Assembly: GCA_026389455.1 (NCBI GenBank)
Contig: JAPLHV010000157.1
Coordinates: forward strand, 10,786-74,785
Reading direction: 5' to 3'
Length of the DNA: 64,000 bases
Source: Coprothermobacterota bacterium
Lineage (GTDB): Bacteria; Caldisericota; JANLFM01
Of the stretch, positions 28,815 through 37,558 are shown in pieces (position 1 is the stretch's first letter; each line of letters starts with the position of its first letter). Made by a program: the position numbers and the translations under genes. The notes below the pieces were generated by a model that saw only the letters and a program-made list of their open reading frames with translations, had not been told where the DNA came from and ran no database searches.

Positions 28815-30259
28815 GCGTGGTCGACCTTTTCGGGCAATCCTTGCAAGTGATCAACATCGGTCTAGAGTCATTCGCCCAGAACCTCCGACAGGAGAGAGTG
28901 CCAGTGGTCCAGATGGACTGGCGGCCGCCGGCGGCTGGGGCGGAGGGAGTAGGGGAGACACCCTTGCGCATTGACCGCAAACAAGCCAACCGGGAAGCCG
29001 TCGACCGCTTGCTGCGCGGGCTGCCCGTCTTGACGGGCGTCTCCACAGCTGGAGCAGTGATCCCCGGGATGCGCAAGGATCTCTTCTTGCATGCCGGACC
29101 TCCCATCAGTTGGGAACGGATGTGCGGACCGATGCGGGGGGCAGTGATCGGTGGGATCCTCTTCGAAGGGCTGGCGGCGAGCGAGGAAGATGCCGAGCAA
29201 CTGGCCGCCTCCGGGGCGATAGCCTTCGAGCCCTGCCATGAACACGACGCTGTGGGACCGATGGCAGGCGTTACCACCTGGAGCATGCCGGTATGGGTGG
29301 TAGAGAACCGCACCTTCGGCAACCGCGCCTACTGCACCTTGAACGAGGGACTTGGAAAGGTGTTGCGCTACGGCGCCTACGCTCCTCCGGTCATCGAACA
29401 TTTGCGCTGGATGGCGGAGGAGTTGGGACCGGTCTTGGCTTTGACGATGGAGCGTCATGGGCCGTTGGACCTACGCGCGCTGATCGCTCAGGCCCTGCAG
29501 ATGGGCGATGAAGGTCACAATCGAAGTCGTGCCGGCACCTCTCTACTGATCCGCGAATTGGCGCCCGAGTTGGTTCGCCTGAAAGTGAAGCGAAAGAAAC
29601 TATCTGAAGTTCTCCGCTTTCTTCATAGCAACGACCATACCTTTCTCAATCTTTCCATGCCTTCGGCCAAGTGCATGCTGGATGCAGCCAACGGTGTGGA
29701 GGGCAGCTCGATGTTGGTGACTATGACCCGCAATGGCACGGATTTCGGCATTCGGCTGGCCGGCCTCCCCGAGCGCTGGTTCACCGCGCCAGCCAACTTG
29801 GTGCGCGGCCTCTATTTTCCCGGATACAGCGAATCGGACGCGGCCCTTGACATCGGCGACTCAGCCATCACCGAGACAGCCGGGCTGGGGGGGTTCGCCA
29901 TGGCCGCTGCTCCTGCCATCGTCCAATTCGTCGGCGGAACCCCGCAGGATGCTCTGCGCCTGACCCAGGAGATGTATGAAATCACCTTGGCGGAAAGCCA
30001 GAGCTGGCAGATCCCTAACCTCGGCTTCCGTGGAACGCCCAGCGGGATCGACCTCTTCCGTGTGCTGACCAGCGGCATCCTTCCATCCATCAATACGGGC
30101 ATCGCCCATAAAGATCCAGGCGTGGGAATGATCGGGGCCGGTCTCGTACAGCCGCCCTGGAACTGTTTTCAGTCTGCCTACCAGGCTTACGTGCAGCAGT
30201 ACGCCGCTACTCTTAGCGGAAATGGAGATAACCAACGAATCAAGGAGGAGAAACAATGA
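28811..30259 (+). CDS. DUF1116 (YlbE-like) protein
   Basis: 482 aa; conserved tail GLGGFAMAAAPAI...NTGIAH shared with the ORF at 1-394; located after the fdrA-like gene as in the E. coli fdrA-ylbE arrangement. Confidence 0.55.
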   Translation: MSVVDLFGQSLQVINIGLESFAQNLRQERVPVVQMDWRPPAAGAEGVGETPLRIDRKQANREAVDRLLRGLPVLTGVSTAGAVIPGMRKDLFLHAGPPISWERMCGPMRGAVIGGILFEGLAASEEDAEQLAASGAIAFEPCHEHDAVGPMAGVTTWSMPVWVVENRTFGNRAYCTLNEGLGKVLRYGAYAPPVIEHLRWMAEELGPVLALTMERHGPLDLRALIAQALQMGDEGHNRSRAGTSLLIRELAPELVRLKVKRKKLSEVLRFLHSNDHTFLNLSMPSAKCMLDAANGVEGSSMLVTMTRNGTDFGIRLAGLPERWFTAPANLVRGLYFPGYSESDAALDIGDSAITETAGLGGFAMAAAPAIVQFVGGTPQDALRLTQEMYEITLAESQSWQIPNLGFRGTPSGIDLFRVLTSGILPSINTGIAHKDPGVGMIGAGLVQPPWNCFQSAYQAYVQQYAATLSGNGDNQRIKEEKQ

Positions 30260-31128
30260 AGCTGATTGACCTGACTATTCCTTTCGGCATTGCCACCCCG
30301 CCCTGGCCGACCTATGAGCCGCTGCAGTTGAAGTATTTTAAACGGTTGGCGCCCAACGGCGCCAACGGGCAACTGCTGACCACATCCAACCACGTCGGCA
30401 CTCACCTCGACGGGGAGATTCACTTCTACACACCGGGAAAAGACATCGCCTCGCTCTCCCTCGATTTCCTGGTCCATGAGGGAGCGGTCGTAGACCTTTC
30501 CGATTGCACGACTGACTACGACATCTACACTTCAAAACAGGTGGAGGAACGGGTAGAGGTCCGTGAAGGAGATATCTTGATCATTCACACCGGCTTCCAC
30601 CATTACGGCTGGGATCAACCCACGGCCAACGAGGTCCGTTACATGGTGCAGCACCCAGGCCCGGATGTGGAGTTCGTGGAGTGGGCAAAAGCCAAGAAGC
30701 TGCGTTGGATCGGGGTGGATTGCGGAAGCGCCGACCATCCCATGAATACCATCATCCGCAATTGGATGCCTGTTCAAGCCAAGGAGGCAGACGCTTTTTT
30801 CCGCCAGAAGTTCGGCGTCTCTCTGGAGGAGCGCTTTTCCCCGGATAAGTATCAGATGATGCACACACGGCTTTTCAGCCAAGGCATTATCCACGCCGAA
30901 TGCGTGGCCGGCGACATCGATCTGCTGCTCAACCAGCGGGCCATTATCGGATGTTTCCCCTGGCGTTTCGTGGACGGTGAATCCAGCATCAGTCGGATTG
31001 TGGCGATGGTCGAGGATGGACGTTACGAAGAATTGATGAAGAAGAAGGCGATGGCCTCGCTGACTCGCTTCGGCGACGTGGCAGGCGCCAGGAACCCCTG
31101 GATCCACGAACAGGCGCGAAAAAAGTAG
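30256..31128 (+). CDS. Cyclase-family metal-dependent hydrolase (kynurenine formamidase-like)
   Basis: HVGTHLDGEIH motif; ATGA overlap with the upstream gene; paralog of the ORF at 421-1182. Confidence 0.7.
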   Translation: MKLIDLTIPFGIATPPWPTYEPLQLKYFKRLAPNGANGQLLTTSNHVGTHLDGEIHFYTPGKDIASLSLDFLVHEGAVVDLSDCTTDYDIYTSKQVEERVEVREGDILIIHTGFHHYGWDQPTANEVRYMVQHPGPDVEFVEWAKAKKLRWIGVDCGSADHPMNTIIRNWMPVQAKEADAFFRQKFGVSLEERFSPDKYQMMHTRLFSQGIIHAECVAGDIDLLLNQRAIIGCFPWRFVDGESSISRIVAMVEDGRYEELMKKKAMASLTRFGDVAGARNPWIHEQARKK

Positions 31129-31219
31129 AGAGTCTCTTCCGTTTTGATCAAAGCGATGAGGGCGCCGGAAAGGGCGTCCTTGTTGTTATTCCGCAGATCA
31201 GAAGAATGCCAGAAAAACC

Positions 31220-31248
31220 TTGCCAGGGAAGAAAACATCTCGTATAAT
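31220..31248 (+). promoter_or_regulatory. Sigma70-type promoter (TTGCCA - 17 nt - TATAAT) upstream of the recombinase gene
   Basis: -35 hexamer at 31220-31225 and consensus -10 at 31243-31248 with a 17-nt spacer. Confidence 0.55.
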
Positions 31249-31253
31249 TTCTT

Positions 31254-31308
31254 ATGTCGGATAAGTGCCATTATCCGACATTAACTTAAGATGATATTAT
31301 CCGACATA
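31254..31308 (+). other. dif-like 11-6-11 palindromic recombinase core site plus an extra arm copy
   Basis: ATGTCGGATAA-gtgcca-TTATCCGACAT at 31254-31281, with a third TTATCCGACAT arm at 31297-31307. Confidence 0.55.
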
Positions 31309-31354
31309 AAGTGTACTCTCTCTCGATGAAGCAACAAAAAAAGCGGCCTTAAAA

Positions 31355-32320
31355 GTGGAGATAGAATCAGGAAACCTCGTCCAAGGTTGGGTGCGCGAGT
31401 TCCTCGAGCATCTGGAGATCGAGAAGAACTACTCGCAGTTGACGCTCCTGACCTACGGCAAACTGCTTCATCGCTTCACCGGTTGGTTGAATGAACGGCA
31501 ACTTGTCACAAAAGACGCCGCTGAGTTGGATCTAGAGACGATTCGGCAGTATCGCCTCTACCTTGCCCGCCTTCGCACGGATCAAGGCAAACCGCTGAAG
31601 AAAGTGACCCAAGCCTACCATGTCATTGCCCTGCGCTCCTTATTGCGCTTCCTGATCACTCAGAAACGGCTCTCAGTACTGTCTCCCGAGTTAGTGGAGC
31701 TTCCCAAGCTACCCCAGCGATCGGTAAACTTTCTCTCGATTGAGCAAATCGAAGATCTGCTGAAAATGCCGGACATTGTCTCGATCAGCGGTTTGCGCGA
31801 CCGAGCGATGATGGAAACACTTTTCAGCACAGGGTTGAGAGTCTCCGAGTTAGTCTCGTTGAACTGTGAACAGGTCAACTTGGATCGTCGAGAGTTCGGC
31901 GTGGTGGGAAAGGGTGGAAAGGCGCGAGTGGTCTTTCTATCTCAAGAAGCAGTTTTCTGGTTGAGACAGTATTTGGAGAAGCGCAATGACGAGTGCCACC
32001 CCCTCTTCATCAGTCACAGCGAGCGAGGGAAGCAAAGCCTCGACCGCCGTCTGACCGCTCGCTCGGTGGAGCGGCTGGTGCGAGCCTACGGCCAACGCGC
32101 ACGCTTACCTTTCGAGATCAAACCACACACCTTGCGTCATTCTTTCGCCACCGACTTGCTTTTTGCCGGGGCAGACATCCGTTCGGTTCAGGAAATGCTA
32201 GGACACGCCAGCATTCGTACTACTCAGGTGTACACGCATGTCACTGATCGCCAACTTCGTGATGTCCATCGCGCCTTTCACGGACATTCTCGCAGTGACT
32301 CTTCGGAGCAAGATAAATGA
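31355..32320 (+). CDS. Tyrosine site-specific recombinase, XerC/XerD family
   Basis: C-terminal catalytic region HTLRHSFATDLL...LGHASIRTTQVYTHV (R-H-R-Y tetrad context); N-terminal SAM-like domain; GTG start. Confidence 0.85.
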   Translation: MEIESGNLVQGWVREFLEHLEIEKNYSQLTLLTYGKLLHRFTGWLNERQLVTKDAAELDLETIRQYRLYLARLRTDQGKPLKKVTQAYHVIALRSLLRFLITQKRLSVLSPELVELPKLPQRSVNFLSIEQIEDLLKMPDIVSISGLRDRAMMETLFSTGLRVSELVSLNCEQVNLDRREFGVVGKGGKARVVFLSQEAVFWLRQYLEKRNDECHPLFISHSERGKQSLDRRLTARSVERLVRAYGQRARLPFEIKPHTLRHSFATDLLFAGADIRSVQEMLGHASIRTTQVYTHVTDRQLRDVHRAFHGHSRSDSSEQDK

Positions 32321-32324
32321 TTAC

Positions 32325-32712
32325 GGTTCCTTTTCATTTCAAGTGGGCATCCTACCAGCCTGCGGCAGCATGTCTTCTCCTGCCGCAGGCTGTTTAGTCC
32401 AGCTTCCCTGTAAATAGCCCCCGGCAGGGTGTTCATGGCGATGATGGTCTTTGAAGAGTCTTGTCGGCCCTGGGATAGTCCCAGGGATAGTCAAGCCCTT
32501 TTGCTCTTGAGGTCTCACCGACCCCGATCTGGTTTGCGCCGGAATGGTCCTCGTAGGGGCGGGTTTGAAACCCGCCCACGCACGAGCTGTCTCGGCATAG
32601 TGATGACTCATTCTCCAGAACACCCTGCCGGGGACTCCTAGGGGCGACGTATGCGTCGCCCCTAGGAGGGCTATCGAGCTGCCGCAAGTTGACTTGTTGT
32701 CGCTTACCCACC
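32325..32712 (+). repeat. Composite non-coding repeat region, copy 2 of the ~140-bp element (direct orientation relative to copy 1)
   Basis: Region 32345-32480 is about 90% identical to 21318-21455; hairpin at 32356-32392 with inverted loop; 18-mer at 32414-32431; 10-bp-stem hairpin at 32557-32577; perfect 13-bp IR at 32637-32666; shared end motif CTGCCGCAAGTTGAYTTGTTGTCG. Confidence 0.85.
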
Positions 32713-32772
32713 ATATCTTATCCCTTCCGGAAGGCGAAACGAGGCTCTCAGGGGCCTTCTCGCGCGAATTCC

Positions 32773-33681
32773 TTACAGCCCTTGCTGCCAGCCGTTTTCC
32801 AAGCCATGCTCCTCTAAGCAGCGAGAAGCGGAAGCGTATTCCTCGATCGAGATCGATCGGCGAAGCAAAGGATGTTCGCTGGCAAGGTAGGCAGGGAAAT
32901 ATTGAGCCATTACACTCAGGCTAGTCGTGGGAGAAAGTTCTTCGGCAATGAAACGAAAGGTCTCCTGCGTTCCCGCCAACCCACCCGGCAAGACAAGATG
33001 ACGGATGATCAAACCTCGCTTGGCGATCCCCTCATCATCTATCTGCAGCTCCCCCACTTGCCGAACCATCTCGCGCACTGCCTCCCTGTTGCGCGCAACA
33101 TAATCCCCTACTCCGGAAAGCTGGAAGGCCACGCGCTCGTCGGCGTATCGCATATCCGGCAAGTAGATATCGATGATGCCATCCAACAAAGCCAAGGTTT
33201 CCAAAGCATCATAGCCGGAGGTGTTATAGACGAAAGGGAGGCGAAAGCCCTGGGGGATGGCTAAGAGAAGAGCTTCCAGGATTTGTGGGACAACATGGCT
33301 GGGAGTGACTAAGTTTACGTTGTGACAGCCTCGATGCGCTAGATCCAGCATGATCTTGGCCAGTCCCTCGGCGGTGACGGTGCGGCCGTGCCCAATCTGG
33401 CTGATCGGGTAATTCTGGCAATAAATGCAACGCATATTGCAGTTTGTGAAGAATATCGTTCCTGATCCGCGAGACCCTGATAAAGGCGGCTCCTCGCCAT
33501 GGTGTGCGTTGAAAGAGGAGACTTGAGCGATGCATCCGGTATGGCAGGCGCCGATCTCCAGGGTGCGGTCTACTCCGCAACGGCGCGGGCAGAGGGTGCA
33601 TTTCCTTAATGTTCTCAGCCCCTCCCCTACTCTCTCCTCCAATTCACCGCTTTGATACAGCCTTAAATAGGATGGTTCCAT
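32773..33681 (-). CDS. AmmeMemoRadiSam-system radical SAM enzyme (PflA-like activase family)
   Basis: CNMRCIYCQN radical-SAM cluster motif (CX3CX2C) and overall size of about 300 aa. Confidence 0.65.
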   Translation of the reverse strand: MEPSYLRLYQSGELEERVGEGLRTLRKCTLCPRRCGVDRTLEIGACHTGCIAQVSSFNAHHGEEPPLSGSRGSGTIFFTNCNMRCIYCQNYPISQIGHGRTVTAEGLAKIMLDLAHRGCHNVNLVTPSHVVPQILEALLLAIPQGFRLPFVYNTSGYDALETLALLDGIIDIYLPDMRYADERVAFQLSGVGDYVARNREAVREMVRQVGELQIDDEGIAKRGLIIRHLVLPGGLAGTQETFRFIAEELSPTTSLSVMAQYFPAYLASEHPLLRRSISIEEYASASRCLEEHGLENGWQQGL

Positions 33682-33795
33682 AGCTAAAGAGGCGCCCTGA
33701 CGAGAGTCAGGGCGCCTCTTTGTTTCTTTTTCTTCATGTCTCTCGGAGGCAGATGGAATCAGGACTTTGGGCGACCGAGAATCGAGAAAGGGTTG

Positions 33796-33999
33796 TTACT
33801 GAATCCGTTGGACGTTGGCTGCTTGAGGCCCCTTGGGTCCGTCAACGATATCGAAGCTCACCTGATCGCCTTCTTCGAGGGACTTGTAGCCACCGGCGTC
33901 AATCGCCGAATAGTGAACAAATACATCCTTATCGCCTTCTACTGCGATGAACCCAAACCCCTTCTGGGCGTTGAACCACTTCACTTTACCTTCGGTCAT
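33796..33999 (-). CDS. cspA: Cold-shock protein (CspA family)
   Basis: KGTVKWFN-type motif [18 protein letters not shown]; 67 aa. Confidence 0.9.
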   Translation of the reverse strand: MTEGKVKWFNAQKGFGFIAVEGDKDVFVHYSAIDAGGYKSLEEGDQVSFDIVDGPKGPQAANVQRIQ

Positions 34000-34136
34000 T
34001 CAAAATCCTCCAATATCTTACTAAAAATTCTCCTTTTAGGAGATAAGAAACTTTAAGGCAGATGAAAACAAATGTCAAGCCCTACGCGCAGCCCAGCGCA
34101 CTCGTTTCCCCTCCGTTATCGAGTAATCAGGAAGAC

Positions 34137-35327
34137 CTAGGGCAGCTCGGAGGGCATCTCGGCTAATATCAGAGAAAGGGTAAGGGTTTGACCATCTCGC
34201 AAGACGGTGAGGGTGATCGAATCCCCGACCTGCTTTTGCTGCACGATCTGGCGCAAATTCTCCATCTTGGTGATGGGTGTGCCGTCAATGGCCCGGATCA
34301 CGTCGTTCTGGCGAAGACCAACCTTCGAAGCGGGGCTGTTGGCGACCACTTCCTGAATGATCACGCCGGCCGTATCCGGTAGCTTCAAAGAAGCGGCCAT
34401 CTCTTCGTTGACTTTGCTGTAGGTGATCCCAATCCACGGTTTGATAGCGCGCCCATATTGAAGGATGTCGCTAAGGATGCTCTTGGCGGTGTTGATGTCC
34501 ACCGCAAAACCGATCCCTTGGGCGGAGCTGAGGATGGCCGTGTTGATGCCGATTACTTCACCATGGATATTGATCAAGGCGCCGCCGGAGTTTCCCGGGT
34601 TGATGGCTGCGTCGGTTTGGATCAAATCTTGTAGAGGCCTCCCGGTCTCAGGCGAGCTTATGGTCCGGCCAAGGGCGCTGACGACGCCGACCGTGACGGT
34701 GTTCTCGTATCCGTATGGGTTCCCAATGGCGATCGCCCATGAGCCGACGCGGAGGTTGGCGGTATCGGCCAGGGTGGCTTGGGGCAGCCCGGTGGCTTCG
34801 ATCCGCACCACGGCGATATCAGATAATGTGTCTTCGCCCAGGACCGAGCCGGAAAAGGATCGCCCGTCGGGAAGGGTGACTCTGATCTCTAAAGCGTTCT
34901 GAATCACGTGATAATTGGTCAGGATAGTGCCGTTGGCGCCGTCCACGATCACCCCGGAGCCTTGCCCTTCCTGCGGCAACGGCTCTTGCGGGCTGTAGAA
35001 ATCGGGAAAACCGAAGGGGTCGGCGGACTGTTGCGCCTGGAACTTGGTGTCAATGAAGACCACTGCCGGAGCCACCTTCTCCACGGCTCGGGTAATCGCG
35101 TCCTGGGTGCTTTCATTGATCCCTTGTGGTTCTGGAGAGGGGGGCTGGGAAGATGGTGTGGCGATCGGTGAGCTGGGCTGGATCAAGGGAGACGGACTGG
35201 AAGCGGTCACATTAGGGGTACTGGGGGAAGAGGGTGAAAAGTAATAGCCCATCCCAGGGCCGGCGCAACCGACCAATAAGAGGACAACCAGCGCGGCGAT
35301 GGGTATAAGCAAAGCGATTCGTTTCAT
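34137..35327 (-). CDS. htrA: Trypsin-like serine protease with PDZ domain (HtrA/DegP family), lipoprotein-type signal
   Basis: Catalytic motifs TNYHV and GNSGGAL plus a C-terminal PDZ domain; start at ATG 35327 after AAGGAG (MKRIALL...LLVGC). Confidence 0.85.
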   Translation of the reverse strand: MKRIALLIPIAALVVLLLVGCAGPGMGYYFSPSSPSTPNVTASSPSPLIQPSSPIATPSSQPPSPEPQGINESTQDAITRAVEKVAPAVVFIDTKFQAQQSADPFGFPDFYSPQEPLPQEGQGSGVIVDGANGTILTNYHVIQNALEIRVTLPDGRSFSGSVLGEDTLSDIAVVRIEATGLPQATLADTANLRVGSWAIAIGNPYGYENTVTVGVVSALGRTISSPETGRPLQDLIQTDAAINPGNSGGALINIHGEVIGINTAILSSAQGIGFAVDINTAKSILSDILQYGRAIKPWIGITYSKVNEEMAASLKLPDTAGVIIQEVVANSPASKVGLRQNDVIRAIDGTPITKMENLRQIVQQKQVGDSITLTVLRDGQTLTLSLILAEMPSELP

Positions 35328-35399
35328 GCACTCACTCCTTTCTTTACAATTGAGCCTACCGCACACGTATGAATGATGGGATAAGAGTATGTGAAGGAA

Positions 35400-36260
35400 T
35401 TATGAAGATGTCGGATAGGAGATGGCCAAGGCGGCGTATCCGACCACTTGCTCCCTTCCACTGCAGGTTTCCCCCGATGTAGCGTAGCGAAGCAGCTCAA
35501 CCTGGTGAGCCCCAGCCTGCCGAGCTGCCTCGATCAGCAAAATGACGGGGGCAAAACCACACATCGAGATCGGGACCGTGGTCACTCGCTGGTAAAGGAG
35601 GTCGCTATTCAGAGAGAGGATCGCCTCAAGGGCCATCTGATCCAAGCGATGGGCTTGCTCTTCGAAGTGATAGTGGGACAAGTCCGTGGAGGCAATGAAG
35701 ACCGCTTCCCTCTCCTCCTTCAAGCGGATGCCGATCGCTTCACCGACACGCTTTAGAGTGTCCAATTTATATGAAGAGACGCAAAGCGGCAGGAGACGAG
35801 CCTCTGGGTTGAGGTCTTGAAGGAAAGGCAATTGCACCTCTATCGAATGTTCGCGGCGGTGGGCCATGTCGTCTTCCTTCAGCTCGGGGATTTTGGCCAG
35901 GAAGTCGCGACCTTCCTCCTCGGCGATAGGTATCTGCCCGAGGGGGGTCGTCCAGGAGCCACCCGTCATCAGGGAAAAGGGAGCTCCCCTGCCTGTGTGA
36001 TTGGGTCCAGCCAGAAGAGCCCATTTGAACCCATTCTCGGCGAGCCGTTTGTAGGCATGTGCGGCGATCGGCCCCGAGCAGAGAAAGCCGGCATGGGGAA
36101 CCACCAAGCCAAAGAGCTTTCCGCCGGTAGGGTTCGCTTCTAAGGGAAGACGCAACCCAGGACCTAAGGGGTGTCGATAGCACTCCCCGATCAGCCGTGA
36201 CAGAGCGCCAGGCTCTCCAGGGTAAAAGGTTCCGGCAACAACGGGGACACGCACGCTCAC
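35400..36260 (-). CDS. MEMO1-family protein (AmmeMemoRadiSam system protein B)
   Basis: N-terminal VAGTFYPG motif and VVPHAGF motif; GTG start. Confidence 0.75.
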   Translation of the reverse strand: MSVRVPVVAGTFYPGEPGALSRLIGECYRHPLGPGLRLPLEANPTGGKLFGLVVPHAGFLCSGPIAAHAYKRLAENGFKWALLAGPNHTGRGAPFSLMTGGSWTTPLGQIPIAEEEGRDFLAKIPELKEDDMAHRREHSIEVQLPFLQDLNPEARLLPLCVSSYKLDTLKRVGEAIGIRLKEEREAVFIASTDLSHYHFEEQAHRLDQMALEAILSLNSDLLYQRVTTVPISMCGFAPVILLIEAARQAGAHQVELLRYATSGETCSGREQVVGYAALAISYPTSS

Positions 36261-36272
36261 GGTCAGGCCACC

Positions 36273-37544
36273 TTAGCGGACGACGATTTGCTCTCGAGAC
36301 GGTCCTACCGAAATCACCCGGATAGGAACCTGCAATTGCTCCTCAAGATAGGATACATAAGCTTTGGCAGTAGACGGAAGATCACTCCAAGCATGCGTGC
36401 TGCCCAGCTCCTCTTTCCATCCAGGGAGGGTTTGGTAGAGAGGGGTCAGTCTCTCCAGATCAAGAGCCAAGGCGGGGATCCCCCTCACCATTTGGCCATC
36501 GAGCTGATAGCCCGTGCAAACATGCAGTTCAGGAAGGCCGGAGAGGACATCCAGCTTGGTCAGGACAATCTCGTCGGGCGAGTTGGCAAAAGCGGCCATC
36601 CGCATCATCGGCAGGTCAAACCAGCCGCAGCGACGCGGGCGTCCAGTGGTCGTTCCGTATTCCTTGCCACGCTCGCGGATCGCTGTGCCCAACGTGTCGT
36701 TCAGTTCAGTCGGAAAGGGGCCGGCGCCTACGCGCGTGGCGTACGCTTTGGCGACGCCGATCACTTTGCTGATGCGCCGCGGTCCAACTCCAGAACCCAA
36801 GGAAACCATCCCGGCCGGCGGAGAAGTAGAGGTGACAAATGGGTAGGTGCCGATTTCGTGGTCAAGCAGTGTGCCTTGGGCGCCTTCCATGAGAAGGTTC
36901 TGCCCCTCGGTCAGGGCTCCCTCCAGGAAAGTCATCGTATTGGTGACGAAGGGGCGAATGAACTCGGCGTCAGCGAGGAGTTGTTGGTAAAGGGGCTCCA
37001 ACTGTATGGGTTGGCCTCCATAGACGCGTTCGATCAAGCGGTTCTTTTCCTCCACCGTTTGAGTCAGCAGTTCGCGCAGGTGGTCGGGGTGAAAAAGGTC
37101 GCAGACACGAATCCCTTTTCGCGCCACTTTGTCTGCATAGACAGGGCCGATGCCGCGTCCGGTGGTGCCGATCTTCTCCTGTCCTCGTGACTCTTCCTCC
37201 AGTTGGTCCAGCAGGCGGTGGTAAGGAAGCGCCAAATGGCAGCGGTCGCTGATCAGAAGCTTGGCCAAGGGAGGGCCTGTACGGCGAACCAACTCGTACT
37301 CTTCGCGCAAACTGACAGTGTCGATCACCACGCCATGCGCCACAACACAGGTCTTATCGGCGTAAAGCATGCCGGACGGCAGCAAGTGGAAGCGAAACGT
37401 CACGCCATTGGCAATGACCGTGTGCCCGGCATTGGCCCCTCCATTGAAACGGACCACGATTTGGTGCGATGGCGCAAGATAATCAATGACCCGCCCTTTC
37501 CCCTCGTCCCCCCATCCAAGGCCGACCAGAACAGTCACACTCAC
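36273..37544 (-). CDS. purA: Adenylosuccinate synthetase
   Basis: GLGWGDEGKG P-loop and GANAGHTV motifs. Confidence 0.9.
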   Translation of the reverse strand: MSVTVLVGLGWGDEGKGRVIDYLAPSHQIVVRFNGGANAGHTVIANGVTFRFHLLPSGMLYADKTCVVAHGVVIDTVSLREEYELVRRTGPPLAKLLISDRCHLALPYHRLLDQLEEESRGQEKIGTTGRGIGPVYADKVARKGIRVCDLFHPDHLRELLTQTVEEKNRLIERVYGGQPIQLEPLYQQLLADAEFIRPFVTNTMTFLEGALTEGQNLLMEGAQGTLLDHEIGTYPFVTSTSPPAGMVSLGSGVGPRRISKVIGVAKAYATRVGAGPFPTELNDTLGTAIRERGKEYGTTTGRPRRCGWFDLPMMRMAAFANSPDEIVLTKLDVLSGLPELHVCTGYQLDGQMVRGIPALALDLERLTPLYQTLPGWKEELGSTHAWSDLPSTAKAYVSYLEEQLQVPIRVISVGPSREQIVVR

Positions 37545-37558
37545 AGGGGTTCGTCCTT

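Noticed and set aside
27076-29458. Antisense ORFs inside fdrA and DUF1116 (27076-27783, 28672-29322 and 28868-29458, all on the minus strand).
   Set aside because: These are GC-rich shadow frames opposite well-supported coding sequence.
31129-31160. Terminator after the cyclase gene (GAGAGTCTCTTCCGTTTTG).
   Set aside because: The stem is only 5 bp with a weak U-tract, which is insufficient.
32540-32595. Possible complete tRNA gene next to the recombinase.
   Set aside because: Only a T-arm-like hairpin could be folded by hand, with no acceptor, D or anticodon arms. It is kept as a low-confidence finding, not a feature.
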